DNA of 63,551 nt, the filler included, from Collodictyon triciliatum (lineage: Eukaryota), in the NCBI GenBank assembly GCA_043381765.1. It is 22 parts of 22 records of this genome, joined end to end, with 100 filler letters (N's around TTAATTAATTAA, not from the genome) between each part and the next. Parts side by side here need not be neighbours in the genome. Positions count along the whole stretch, not along the records: positions 1 to 2,676 come from JBHJMP010008461.1; positions 2,777 to 5,452 come from JBHJMP010008462.1; positions 5,553 to 8,227 come from JBHJMP010008463.1; positions 8,328 to 11,002 come from JBHJMP010008464.1; positions 11,103 to 13,778 come from JBHJMP010008465.1; 17 more parts are not named here. The stretch is one strand, 5' to 3'. The notes beneath the pieces are model-generated. The model did no database searches and was not told the origin of the DNA. It was given only the letters and a program-made list of their open reading frames with translations. Positions 1 to 13,504 of this stretch are shown here, piece after piece (position 1 is the first letter of the stretch; every line of letters starts with the position of its first letter). The translations under genes and the position numbers were made by a program.

Positions 1-170
1 AAACAAAAACAAAAACAAAAACAAAAACAAAAACAAAAACAAAAACAAAAACAAAAACAAAAACAAAAACAAAAACAAAAACAAAAACAAAAATAAAAAA
101 CAAAAATAAAAAACAAAAATAAATTAAAAACAAAAATAAATTAAAAACAAAAATAAATTAAAAACAAAGA
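1..170. repeat. (AAAAAC)n-type microsatellite at contig end
   Basis: Directly visible tandem repeat. Most contigs end in similar simple repeats, e.g. 2420-2676, 5340-5451, 5553-5660, 16458-16552, 34317-34696, 53441-53664. Confidence 0.95.
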
Positions 171-231
171 AATTGAAAATGAAAAATAAGGGCAAAAGGG
201 ATCAGAAAATACTTTATTTTATTCCTCCTAG

Positions 232-1923
232 GTTAATGAAGAGGGCGTGCCTGAGGCCATTCCCATACATCAAAGGATATATATACCAATCAGTATTCTT
301 GGGTCACAAGCAGGTGGTATTTTTATTGTTGTCCAGGAAAGATTATATCATAAATTCTTGAAATTTTGTAACATCTTGGACTATACAAACTCTTAAATTT
401 GTGTCGAATAAAAGAATTATTCATAAATACATATGTCACTCAGATGTACACATCAGTTTCGGTTTCATCGTAGAATCGAATTAATGGTTTTTTTTTAAAT
501 CACGCTTCATATTTTCACACCATTATTGACATAGTGATTGGGAATGCAACTGAAACGGCCGAAGATGTGACTCAAGAGACAGGATCTTTTTTTAAGAAAG
601 TGAGATTCATTTGACCGAATAATCTAAATATGTTATAGTTGAAGGAAGACAAAAAGAAGGTCGACACACCAAGTAGATATGAAGGATTGATTGATTTATT
701 TCGTTTGAAAATTAACTGGTGATGTCTCGACCTATTAGGCACTGCAATATATCAGGCCCAGCAAATATGGGGGGAAGAATTTCATTTTATTCAGTTTTCT
801 TGTTGCATATATTGAGGGCCTCGTCCTTGCTTATATGTGTGGGAAGAGCAAGTAAGCTTAATTGTTTTTTTTTTTTTTTATCAGTCTCTGGCTCTATTTC
901 TCCTCCTGCATCCAAATCACACAGCCTTTCGGATGTGATGGAAAACTTTTGGAATCATACTCTCATGAGTGCGATTATTTTTAATATTTTCATCAACCTG
1001 TACATCCCCTGAATTATAAAAAAAAACGTGTTAAAATCAGGAATGAGATATTCTATCGACTGAAAATATTCGATTCTGACGTCCTTAAAGGGACTGGAGG
1101 GAGGTACGGAAATGTAATGGCGGATGCATCTAAAGTATATTCATTATTTTCATCTCTCTGGATGCATGTATCCCTGATTCATTTTGTCTTGAACATAACA
1201 CTTCAGGTTCGTTTTTCTTCTAAATCCTTTTCCCTCCTTTTTTTTTATTTTGTTTTATGTTGAATATTGGTTATATAGAAATAATTGTCATCTACGCGAC
1301 ACGCAAAGAGTTATGATATGATCTCACTGCACGGCTAAGATTGACTATATTGCTTTACACTAGCTTTGGATGGGGTACTACTTGGAACGAAAATACGGAT
1401 TTGTGTCGATTGGGTTGCTCTATGTGATATCTGGTATCTCTGGAGGGTTGTGGAGCTCTTTGTTCAGTTCCTTGGAGACTGTCTTTGTTGGCGCATCCGG
1501 ATGTTGTCATGGACTTCTGGGGGCCATGCTTGTGGATATGCTGAAAAACAGGGATTCCTTCCAGTACCCCGTCCTTAAGGTTCCATTTCCCGATATTTGA
1601 TTCTCCATCTATAACCTATATCTCTCTTGGTCTCTTGTATAATCAATATACCAATCCGCTGATGCATTCAGGTAACCATGATTACTACTTGTTTGAATAT
1701 TGATATTGTCATCGGAAACAATAGTAGCATGTCATGTGTAGTAACTGAAAACCCCTTACCGAATTCAATTACTCACAAATCATACAGTTCACTTTGTTTG
1801 CATCTCTGTTGATTGGATTGAATATCATACCAGGATTGCAAGGTCATGTTTCGTACTACAGGTAAATTTGTCTGTCTCGAAAAATACCCGAATCATTCAT
1901 CTCTTCTCTCTTTAATTTTTTCC

Positions 1924-2014
<91 letters not shown>

Positions 2015-2284
2015 TCGATACAAAGCTCTTTGTCTATGTTTCAAACATCTGCGTTAAGATATAAAAATATGGCGTAGTCTATTTGCCTATATGTAAAGTT
2101 ATTTCATTCGATTTCTTTAAATCCCAGCCACATCGGAGGACTTGTATCTGGTGCTTTTCTCGCCTTTGTTACAATACCCACCATCGTATCTGATAAATGG
2201 GATAATGTTACAATTGTCAGGTTATCAATAGCTGCATTCATTACGAACTTTGTCATCGTCCCTGTCTTTATATACCTCCGCTAA
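232..2284 (+). CDS. Rhomboid family intramembrane serine protease, multi-exon, 5' end uncertain
   Basis: Spliced exons read SLWMHVSLIHFVLN (in 1041-1206), YLERKYG...YVISGISGGLWS...VGASG (1363-1579, catalytic Ser motif) and SHIGGLVSG (~2128, catalytic His). Stop TAA at 2282-2284. GT-AG boundaries keep the frame. Confidence 0.85.
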
Positions 2285-2676
2285 TATTATACCCATGAGA
2301 TTCAAATAAAAAACAGACAAACAAAACTATGCTTATCCCGTAGCCCCTCTTTGTCCCATAAGCAAGAGTTCTCTCCCTTATTTTCCCAGAAATATAACGA
2401 ACTTTGCCTTAAAATCTTCAGAACAAAAATAAAACAAAAAATAAAACAAAAAATAAAACAAAAAATAAAACAAAAAATAAAACAAAAAATAAAACAAAAA
2501 AATACAACAAAAAAATACAACAAAAAAATACAACAAAAAAATACAACAAAAAAATACAACAAAAAAATACAACAAAAAAATACAACAAAACAAATACAAC
2601 AAAACAAATACAACAAAACAAATACAACAAAACAAATACAACAAAACAAATACAACAAAACAAATACAACAAAACA

Positions 2677-2776
2677 NNNNNNNNNNNNNNNNNNNNNNNN
2701 NNNNNNNNNNNNNNNNNNNNTTAATTAATTAANNNNNNNNNNNNNNNNNNNNNNNNNNNNNNNNNNNNNNNNNNNN
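2677..2776. other. Artificial contig spacer N44-TTAATTAATTAA-N44 (first of 21)
   Basis: The same 12-mer, with stops in all six frames and flanked by N runs, starts at 2721, 5497, 8272, 11047, 13823, 16597, 20880, 23653, 26426, 29198, 31970, 34741, 39856, 42627, 45398, 48167, 50937, 53709, 56476, 59243 and 62008. Confidence 0.98.
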
Positions 2777-5005
2777 GGGGCAGTTTGTGCTTACCTCGAA
2801 GGCGGACGTAGCAGCCGGCTCCGTACAGGTTCTGCTCCTGGGCTCTCTTTGATCGGCGGATCGGTGTGGCCGAGGAGTCTTGGTCGAGTTGTGTCCTCGA
2901 TTCTCGTGCGTTCGAGTGTGTTTTTCTCAAGCTTGGGTTTATCGTCCCAAGGGAATCAGCAGGGAATCAACAAAGCGCCTTTTACATGCATGGATAAGAG
3001 TTCCTCTCTTGTAAATGAGCACTTTGCTCTAAAATTTTAGGAACAAAATAAGACATAAGAAAGCGATGTATTTTTTTTAAAAGATAAAGCTCACCCCGCA
3101 AAGGAATAGTCAAAAAGGGAGCACAACACCAACAGGAACATCATGAGTGGTGATATTCTCGTGAGTGAATTTCTTCCACCAAATTGAGGATTATTCAGCT
3201 TATTCAAGGTGCCATTCTTTCTTTACATTAGGTGGCGTGAGAAGGCGCGATGGTTATTTTTAAGTTACAATAATTAAAAAAGAAATATGATAAAACCAAG
3301 TTGGTTGTAACCTGAGTTGTGCAGTATGGCTCGCCCTCCTTTTCACTACCAAGCTGATGCAAGCATTTACCTTCGGAAGCAAAAAGAAATCAAAGATAAA
3401 AAAAAGACATACATTATCCACATAATGAATAGTGTGCAATGCTGTATGTGTTTGAATCATTAACGTTAGCGCACAAACCATCTTGTAACTACGTCCCGTT
3501 CTTGACACTGCTAAGAATGCCTCTATTAGTGAAATGTTTCTTTTCTGAGTCTTGATACTTTTGAGTCGTTTTTAATTCATTGGTATTTAAGGCATTCAAC
3601 TATGCCAGATTGTCAGACTTACACTTTTGGGTATATAAATCAAAGTTCTTATTCTATGTTCTTGATTGAACGCATACGCTCTCTTTTTATTATAGCACAA
3701 AGATTGTCTTTTCTTGGGTGTGCGATTTCTTCATATTTGATTCATTCATTCGATTTTTGTGTTCGATTTGGTTAAAAATGTATCGCTTATAGTCCCATTT
3801 CTGTATAAGAATAATATCATTTCGGATGTCGAGATGACAAATACTAATAAATCAAATGGACTCTCGCAAAACAATAGTGATAAGGATGAAATCATAATCA
3901 ATACCCAATTTCATTCCAAAGGTACAATAAAAAAATCAGCTCGAGACTGAAGCAAAATCGTTTCAATATGAAAAGAAAAGAAAGAAAAAAGTGAGAAAAA
4001 AGTGAGAAAAAAGTGAGAAAAAAGTGAGAAAAAGGAAAGAAGAGAGAAAGAAAAAAAGAAAACAAAAACATAGAAAAAAGCTCGAGCCCAACAGGAGGCA
4101 CCGTCTGTCGCAGCTGTGATCGAAGAAGGCAACAAACAAACAAAGGAACATGATGGGTTCGGCTGAAAGGCACAGAGCACCAAAGATATTATTATTTCAA
4201 AATTGAGACAAAATCACGGAAGGAAACTAATTGGCAAAACCAAATGTTATATTTGCTATATATGTAAATGCAAATTATACACATAATATCATGATGGTTG
4301 ATTATTATGAAAATATTACTATTAACATATAAAATCAACAAATTATACAACAAATCCGGAAAATAATGCACTTTCTTTAAGTTGACTTAAATGCTACGAA
4401 TTCTGTTAATACAAATCGATTTTCGGACGCTTCTGCATTACTTGGATGTCATGATTAACATTTAGAGGTTTTCATGAGTTCGGAGCGATTCCAGCAACCA
4501 AAAAGTGCAATTCCAAGAAGCGAAGCGAAGCATGGGGGGACGTGTCCAGTGCGATTCTTGTGTCTTTAGCGCTCTGTCATGTAATTTTTGACCTTTGGAA
4601 ATACTGCCTTGTCTCTTTTTATCCAGCACAAAGTATCATGTTCCTAAAGTGCCGCTTTTTGTAGAGGGCACCAAGTGAGCAGGCAAGACCACTAACGCAG
4701 TGGTATAACATTCGATTGAAATCATCATTCATCTCCTTGGCGACAAAAGCAGAATAGCGCGTAAAAAAAAAATTACTAAATGGTAAAATTATTAAAAGAA
4801 ATAATTGATAAAAATAAAGGGTTTAAGAAATGAATCCTTCATGTCTTTATTTTATCTGTTTTTCAGTGCTCCAGGTTTCAGCAGCGATTTAGTAATGTCT
4901 CTTAGTCTAGTAAAATGAACAATTTTCTCTTTTGGTTATGGTACTTCTTGAATTAAAAATGAGGAGTAAAGAAAAAATTTGCAGTAGGAAGGAATGAACA
5001 ATTAG

Positions 5006-5186
5006 TCAAATTGTTAAGTGAATATCAAACTGACCATCAGTAATCATGACATTGAACTTGCAATCTGTCTTCAAGAGATGACCACCTTCACGGTCGGTTA
5101 GTTGTATGCCGCATGGAACTGTCAACCCACATCGAAGCGGAAGAAAACGAATCTCGATAGTTGTTGACGTTTTTGGCCCAAGCTCA
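5006..5186 (-). CDS. Terminal exon of an unidentified gene, weak resemblance to TRAPPC13 C-terminus
   Basis: An AG acceptor precedes an open frame ELGPKTSTTIEIRFLPLRCGLTVPCGIQLTDREG...LTI*. The family resemblance is from memory only. Confidence 0.35.
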
Positions 5187-5863
5187 CTGTTAAAGATTAA
5201 TATCGTGATTATAGCGGGTGTGCTGGTAATGCTTTTAATTCATGAATGAAAGCTTGATGGTATTGACTATAAGCTTATTTGATAATAATCAAATATGATT
5301 AATCGATGTTTTTGATCAAAGTGAGTTGAAACCCTTGAAAAAAAAGAAGAAAGAAGAAAGAAGAAAGAAGAAAGAAGAAAGAAGAAAGAAGAAAGAAGAA
5401 AGAAGAAAGAAGAAAGAAGAAAGAAGAAAGAAGAAAGAAGAAAGAAGAAAGANNNNNNNNNNNNNNNNNNNNNNNNNNNNNNNNNNNNNNNNNNNNTTAA
5501 TTAATTAANNNNNNNNNNNNNNNNNNNNNNNNNNNNNNNNNNNNNNNNNNNNCAATACAATACAATACAATACAATACAATACAATACAATACAATACAA
5601 TACAATACAATACAATACAATACAATACAATACAATACAATACAATACAATACAATACAATCATATTTCTTCTGTAATTCTTTGAATCGAATAAAGGAAA
5701 AAAATATTTCTTCTGTAATTAGTCGAATGATGTATTATCTAATTCCAATATGAAAGAATGCACTCTATGAGGCATCGTAATTGACCTCTTATGTCGTATC
5801 TACTTTTTTTTTTTTTGGCATTCCATCACCAATTCGTATTTTTGCGCAAAATGATATATACAG

Positions 5864-8070
5864 GATTGATGAGGAAGACTATACCGCCTTCGTTGGGGGC
5901 TTGGACAAGATTTGCACGCATGTAATTACTTTGCAAAATTGTTGCATTTTCCTTGTTAAAAGTTCCAAAACAAGATTACTGCTCTCATTCATCTCGTTCT
6001 TTTTTATTACCTTCCATACTTATTCTCCCTACATCGAATACAATACTTCCAAATGTCCTGATTTATATTAGAGGACACAAGGCCTTTTCCCGTGGCATTT
6101 CTGACCCACAATTAAATAACTAACTTCTTTATTTTTCTGCGCAGAACCTTGTAGTGGAACAGCTTGCAACCNNNNNNNNNNNNNNNNNNNNNNNNNNNNN
6201 NNNNNNNNNNNNNNNNNNNNNNNNNNNNNNNNNNNNNNNNNNNNNNNNNNNNNNNNNNNNNNNNNNNNNNNNNNNNNNNNNNNNNNNNNNNNNNNNNNNN
6301 NNNNNNNNNNNNNNNNNNNNNNNNNNNNNNNNNNNNNNNNNNNNNNNNNNNNNNNNNNNNNNNNNNNNNNNNNNNNNNNNNNNNNNNNNNNNNNNNNNNN
6401 NNNNNNNNNNNNNNNNNNNNNNNNNNNNNNNNNNNNNNNNNNNNNNNNNNNNNNNNNNNNNNNNNNNNNNNNNNNNNNNNNNNNNNNNNNNNNNNNNNNN
6501 NNNNNNNNNNNNNNNNNNNNNNNNNNNNNNNNNNNNNNNNNNNNNNNNNNNNNNNNNNNNNNNNNNNNNNNNNNNNNNNNNNNNNNNNNNNNNNNNNNNN
6601 NNNNNNNNNNNNNNNNNNNNNNNNNNNNNNNNNNNNNNNNNNNNNNNNNNNNNNNNNNNNNNNNNNNNNNNNNNNNNNNNNNNNNNNNNNNNNNNNNNNN
6701 NNNNNNNNNNNNNNNNNNNNNNNNNTCTCTTGATTCCTCATCTTCCCTAAAGTCATTCACTCCGTTAATATTTGAAAAGAATACCAATATTCCATGAATG
6801 ATTTTAACCATCGTATATGTGCTAAAAATCAACTAGATACATCTATCATATGAATTTTCTTCTGTTATCGTGGTGACTCATAACCATTTATTGCTAAAGA
6901 ATACCGCAGCGTTTGACTTAATACTTGGGATGATCACCTCAAGCAGTTCCGACCAGAAGGCACACAAAGTTATTCGACAGTTACATCAATATGATATTTG
7001 GTTCCGTGTATCCGTGAGTGATACATGAAATCCATCTACCAATTCACTCACTATCTGACAGATGCTTTGATCATCAATTTTCATTCAATAACGATTCCAA
7101 ATACGAAACATTATCGCTTTTCTCTTCTGTGATTTTCATTAAAGAATTGTACACTTCACATTAGGAACTAGAAACGCAAGGTAAATTACAAGACCAGATA
7201 GCTAAACTGCGAGAAATTGAAAACCAAGTAGAGACAAAAGCATCTATTGGAGATGTCGAACATGAGCAATCAAAAAAGTATGTTTAATACGATCACCCCG
7301 ATATATTCTATTATTTCATCGCTGTACCGATTAGTAGAGCTCATGAACCTCTCATAAAGAATGAATAGTATTAAATGCTCACAACATCGCTGAGTGACCT
7401 TTTACACTCTCCAGTCAATACAAACAAGTGTCGGAAAGCCTGCTATCTAAGTTTGCTAGTCGTCCTAGTTACCTTCACAAAGTGACTGACTTGCTTTCTG
7501 TTCTAGAAGGTGCAGAAGATGACAATATGGAGACGAGGTTTTCTCCTTTTATACTTTGTTTCTCAAAAAAAAAACATGCATATTTTATTTTGAGAATGAA
7601 GCTTCATCAATATCATCAAATGGCATTAATTTAGCCTGAATGTTATCATTAAATGATACTCTTTCACTTTAATACCACTAGTGTTGAGGTTGTTGATGAG
7701 CTCATTTCGCTAGCAAAAGCTGGCCTATCTGTGAGGAACCCCTTAGATATTAAAAAAGGTATCTATATGAGTTTTTTTTTCCCGATTCACCATAAGATAT
7801 ATATTTTATTTAGCATGTATACAATATCCGTAGTTAATTTTTTAAACTATTTCACAAAATTCTATTGTTTTCTTTTTGTTATGTGCCAGATTGAAATTAC
7901 AATTAGGTTAATTATATTTTAGACATTTTTGACGCAAATACTTTATCTCAATGATTTCATTCAGAGCTCAAGATTGGGATGAGTCTGGAGGAATTTGAGA
8001 GCACACTGGAGCGTGAGAAACAAAGAATTTTAAATGACTTAAAAGGGAAGATGGATGCCCCAAAAGAAGT
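5864..8070 (+). CDS. Multi-exon coiled-coil protein fragment of unknown function
   Basis: Several GT-AG-bounded exons encode helical, charged peptides such as ELETQGKLQDQIAKLREIENQVETK and MSLEEFESTLEREKQRILNDLKGK. An internal N gap lies at 6172-6725. Confidence 0.5.
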
Positions 8071-8353
8071 CGTATGTCTAGCATAAAATATTTAACAAAC
8101 ATCTAGAGCATACGATACCGTTTCCTTTCAAAACCAACAAAACCAACAAAACCAACAAAACCAACAAAACCAACAAAACCAACAAAACCAACAAAACCAA
8201 CAAAACCAACAAAACCAACAAAACCAANNNNNNNNNNNNNNNNNNNNNNNNNNNNNNNNNNNNNNNNNNNNTTAATTAATTAANNNNNNNNNNNNNNNNN
8301 NNNNNNNNNNNNNNNNNNNNNNNNNNNAAAAAAAAAAAAAAAAAACAAAAAAA

Positions 8354-8415
<62 letters not shown>

Positions 8416-11400
8416 AAAGCAAATGGTCCACTCTGTATGATATCGACCATATAATATTTTGTTTTCTATTGACTGTGGCATGTGAAAAAAAGAGAGAAAG
8501 AGAATGGGTCGTATGTTATGTCACCCCGCCTAGTAGTGTATATCCAAAACAACAATATGTCTTTTGGTATATGTCCAGTGATAGGTAGCATTCAGGGGCG
8601 TCCATTAAGTCGTGTGCCCCATCAAGACGGATTGAACACAGTTCTGTTATTTTCATAAATCTTAAGCTTCTGGAAACACATACCATTTTTTAATTTCTAC
8701 TTTTTTTTTTTATAAATATTTATGTGTAACACAAGTGGGTAAATAACAATAAAGCAAAAAATGATAATGAATATTTGACTCTACCTTTGCTTTACACTCC
8801 CCCAACAAACACGTCTGATATGCTTCCCTTCTTCGCTAATCACTTGTATTTATTTTTTACTTTTGATTTTAGGTCATAGAGCTCATATTTGTTTGGCGCT
8901 ATAATCCGCCCTTTTGTCTACTGGTGTATATTAACGCGCGATTTCATTTGGTGTTTTTTCTACAGTGTTATGTCGAGAAAGTAAATCCGTAGAAAAGGTT
9001 TTACCTGCGGGCACAAAACTTTTACACAGGCTAATTTTGAAGGATTTTATGTTTTTATTTTGATTAATGCAGATGTTGAAGTTTATAATGGTGAATAGGT
9101 TAATAACCAAATATTGTTTTCAATATGCATAGACATGGTCACATGAAAATTTTTAATAGGCAGCCAACTTATATGACTTTTTGGAGGGTGTTTATTGTAT
9201 GGATAGGTTGGTTTCTTTGTATCGAGGATTTTATATATGTATAATCTGATTTCCATTTTAATACCCATTCGGACTTGAATACCGTATATAAGCAACATAT
9301 TACAATCAACATACGATATACTTTTTCATGAAAAATTAATCGTATCTAATTAAAAATAAAAATTCTCGTAATAAATCAATTTGAACAGGATATTGCCAAT
9401 ACTGTCAGTAACTCTTTATAATTATGAAATAAATATTTGATTGCTTTCATAAGTATGCAAACAATAAAGAATACAAACAGTGCAAGACTATCTTACATCT
9501 ATGAGAGATTAGTTGTAAAGTGACGATTTAGGTTATCGAGCAAGGTTAATACATCACGAACCAAAAAAAAAAAAACAGCATACAATTTTAATGTATTCAT
9601 ACAAAATATTTTTGAATATATGCCATGGCTAGTGTATTATTGGCTTTGTATATGTAATCATCGTACGTTGAATAATCAAAATACAGTCTCTATGAGACTG
9701 GAATATCGATACTGTTGTTTACTTAAAAATTATCAATAAATCAATACTCCATGAGGCACGCTAACTGTGACATTGACCACGGAGTCCAGACCACGGCGTA
9801 AAGGCTTGACTTTGTAAATAATTTTTTTTCTCTTTTTAAATTTGTGTAACCCTCGATTGTTTGACCTGATGTATAATTATTGTTTAGATGCATTTAAAAT
9901 CATACACATACTCGATACGATTATTCTGATACCAGAAAACTAATATAAATCAGCAAAAGAACGTTGGTAGTTATGAGACCCTGAAGAGAGACCAAGCCGA
10001 TAAAACCCCCAAGAGAGCTGTGTTACTGTCATATGATATTTCTTGGGGCGCTAATCTTACAAATAAATCGAAGAAATCAAAAGCATATGAAGCCTATATC
10101 ATTAAGTAAAAGTGTATATATATCAAAAAATGGAATGATAAAACTTTAGATATAGTTATCCTAACAAATAACAACTGTAAACAAAACAAATAAAAAATGG
10201 GAATCCACCAAAACATCATCGCAATTGAAATACCTTGCACACGACAAATAACCATAAACAAATTACTTCTTAAACTTCCAGAATATTTTTCTGGTATAAT
10301 TGTGAATAATTGTAGAATTGTACCATCTACAACATAGCCAAATATAAAAAAATCCCTGTGTTTTTGTTTTACTTTTCAATCCCTTACTCAACCGCACCAC
10401 TTATTGTTGTTACATATCATAGTCTTTACTTAAATGACACTCGCGTTGAATATAATATCTCTGACATAAACAGGTAAAAAAACTCCTTGGAATCGCCTTT
10501 GAGAGGTAACTCATTTGTGAGTGCTTTTATCAACCCGACAACTTTATCCGCTCTTCTGTCAGTCTCGAATACAATCAGAAATCGCGTTGGAGTTGAATCA
10601 CCTCGGTTAGAATAGTCTGCGTGTGAGAACACTTTCTCTCCTTTCTCTCCTGTTTTTCTTCTTTTCTTCTTCTTTTTCTCCTCTTTTCTTCTTCTTTTTA
10701 TCTTTCCCAAAACACAAAAAGTCCAACCTAACCCGGAGTTTTCCACTGTCTTATCCACGGCTGATTTGTCCTAGAGGCGAAGGCGGTTTCCTCAGCTTTG
10801 TTTTCTCTAAATAAACTGTTAAAAAGAAACCAAAAAATATAACGCCTGGCATTGCATGGACATCACTCACGATGAGATGGTGGACAGATATGCTTACCCA
10901 TCTGAAAGGATTCTGGCAGCGTGGAATGTGGCATCTCATCCATCGCATATGCCCGAACTTCAAGGCACAGCTCTGTGAGAGCAGAATCCCATCACCCCCG
11001 CCNNNNNNNNNNNNNNNNNNNNNNNNNNNNNNNNNNNNNNNNNNNNTTAATTAATTAANNNNNNNNNNNNNNNNNNNNNNNNNNNNNNNNNNNNNNNNNN
11101 NNGACAAACTACCCAGTCTTCAAGCAACCAACCGAACAAAAAAAGTAACAATTCTCTGAAGAAAAAAAAAAAGAAAGAAAAACACCTAGCCTCGTCTCAC
11201 ATCTTCAAAGTGAACCTACCTCTTACCATTGACCTTTGAATCCTTTCTTTCGCCCACCACTGTGAGAACAATCATTTGGTGAAATCATGCGATTCTTTTG
11301 CGTCATTTCCAACCGCATTTCGATGCATAACCCTTTCATTTGTCTCTCTTTCCCCAAAACGAAGAAACGAACTGCGGACACAACGCACCAAATAAAACCT

Positions 11401-11774
11401 CATGGAAGGAAACGCCCAGACACTTGCATTTCATGTTTGTTTTTTTTTTTCTTTTTTTCTTTTTTGTCGTAGTTTACTCATAGACTCGATCCACACTGTG
11501 TTTCAATTAGTTTTCTTCACCAAACAGAAAAACATTACGAGAGAGAGAGAGAGAGAGAGAAAAAAAAAACTGAAAAAAGAATAGAAGGAAGGGGAGAGGG
11601 GGAGAGAGGGAGATCCGACTCACCGCCGTCTGTTGCGTGCCGACGCACATCCGAGGCCTTGGCCAAAGCCGCGCACAAGGACAAAGCGCAGGAGACTCCA
11701 TCAGGGAGGAACGGGAATAGGAAAAAGAATAAGCAAGCAAACCCAAACTAGAAGCGCCGGAGAGATCAGAAGGA

Positions 11775-12816
11775 ATGCGACGGCAGCACAGACCCGGCTT
11801 TGCAGCGGCCGCGCTCGTCTGCGCCGTCCTCCTTTGGAGCGGGACACTGTGTGTGGCAGCGCGTGCAGCCACAGGAGCCACAGCCACAGGAGCCACAGCC
11901 ACAGGAGCCACAGCCACAGCCACAGGAGCCACAGCCACAGGCACCGGACCGACGGCAGACTCGGAGCCCGCCTCGCTGCGCAGCCGCACGCTGGGGGCCG
12001 TGGTGGCGTGGACGGGGTGGCTGTCGGAGGCGGGGGTGGTGGCGGCGACGCTTGTGCAGCTGCCGCTGTGGGTGGTGGCCGGGTGCACGACGGGCTTCAC
12101 GGTGCTGACGCTGCTGTCGGGCTTCCTGTTTGGCGCGGCGAGCGGCGTGGCGTCCGCGTGGATCGGCGCGTCGGTGGGCTCGGCCGTGGCCTTTGCGGCG
12201 GGCCGCTCGTTCCTCCGCACGCGCCTCACGCGCTGGATCCACACGCGCAAGGACCAGTCGCTCCTGGCCGTGCACCGCGCCCTCGCCGCAGAGGACGCCC
12301 GCCTCCTCCTGCTCGTCCGCCTCTCCCCCTTCTTCCCCTTCGCCCCCGTCTCCTACCTCTTTGCCCTCTCCCCGTCCCTCACCCTCCAACGCTTCCTCGC
12401 CGCCTCCTCCCTCGGCATCCTCCCCCGCATCCTCCTCACCGCCCTGGCCGGCTCCACCATCCAGTCCGCCCTTCACCTGCTCGCTGCCGAGGTTGCCTCT
12501 CCTTTCTTTTCTTTTTATTTTCTTTTTCTTCTTTTTCTTCTTATTTTTCTTCTTATTTTTCTTCTTTTTCCTCTTTTTCTCTTCTACTCTCCGCCAAACA
12601 TATCAGCCAATCACAAGATGCCTGCATATCCTCTATGTCTCGTGCCCTGGGGTCTAATCGCATCTTCTGCCCGTGCAGCATAACAATCCGTACGCCTTCT
12701 TTACACTCGTCTGGGGTCTTCTTGCGACGCTTGTTCTTGTCATTGTCATTTCCATCATCGTTCGCAAGGCCCTTCGCAAGGCTCTGGATGTCGAGGCCAA
12801 GGAGGTGTCCGCCTGA
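11775..12816 (+). CDS. TVP38/TMEM64 (VTT/DedA, SNARE-associated Golgi) membrane protein; exons 11775-12491 and 12679-12816
   Basis: Motifs SGFLFG...GASVGSAVAFAAGR and LLLVRLSPFFPFAPVSY...ASSLGILPR. The intron has a CTAAT branch point and TGCAG acceptor. The last exon adds a TM helix ending ALDVEAKEVSA*. Confidence 0.9.
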
Positions 12817-12957
12817 GGTGGTGGTCGACTCGTTTCATCTACAGGGAAGAAACCTTCTCTACTATCTCTCCCAACCTCTGTCGCTCTCACTTTTCGTTTC
12901 TTTGCTTCTTTGGACAAGGTGCTTTCCCTTTTCCTTTCTTTAATGATTTTTCATCTT

Positions 12958-12995
12958 TCACCGGCGAAATCCTAAACGATTAGAACCACATTTCG

Positions 12996-13092
<97 letters not shown>

Positions 13093-13504
13093 GTTGTATT
13101 TTTTTGTATTTTTTTTTGTATTTTTTGTGTTTTTTTGTATTTTTTTTGTCATATTGGTTCTATGTTGTCACAATTGTGATGAAAATTGTAGCAATAGCAA
13201 GAATTAGTTTATGCGCATCAACACATACCTGACTTTCCTTGCCTTGAAAAGAAAGTCCCCCGGGATGAATCGGTGCTTTCTGACTCCATGCTGGGAGATG
13301 ATTTGAGAAGTTGCTATTATGTGTGAATATCTTTCATTAATGATGCAATAGACGGCGTGGTATCAACAGTACAAGTTGTCCTTTATATTCCCCAGTAATC
13401 AAGTTTTAATTATTTTTGTATGGATAGCTTTTTCACCTCATATGCCTTGCGTAGCTTCTCATGGGGTGTGTTTGCACATGTGGCTTGAAGAAATTCAAAT
13501 GTGC
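12958..13504 (-). CDS. 3' exons of an unidentified gene converging on the TVP38 gene
   Basis: Three GT-AG exons splice in frame: TFEFLQATCANTPHEKLRKAYE|QLLKSSPSMESESTDSSRGTFFSRQGKS|GFRR*. A CTAAT branch point precedes the last acceptor. Confidence 0.5.

Noticed and set aside
4470-4710. Sm-site-like AATTTTTGA with small hairpins, a possible snRNA
   Set aside because: No U1/U2/U4/U5 signature sequences are present, and such motifs are expected by chance in AT-rich DNA.
8500-10760. Possible minus-strand exons in contig 4
   Set aside because: I could not build a consistent spliced frame or recognise any motif.
11507-12943. Several long overlapping ORFs in alternative frames (also 58060-59250)
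   Set aside because: They are a by-product of high GC and few stop codons. Only one frame carries family motifs.
13251-13265. GAAAGTCCCCCGG resembles the RNase MRP CR-I motif
   Set aside because: There is no matching downstream GGGGCTYA (CR-V), and the segment fits better as a minus-strand exon with a GTATGT donor.
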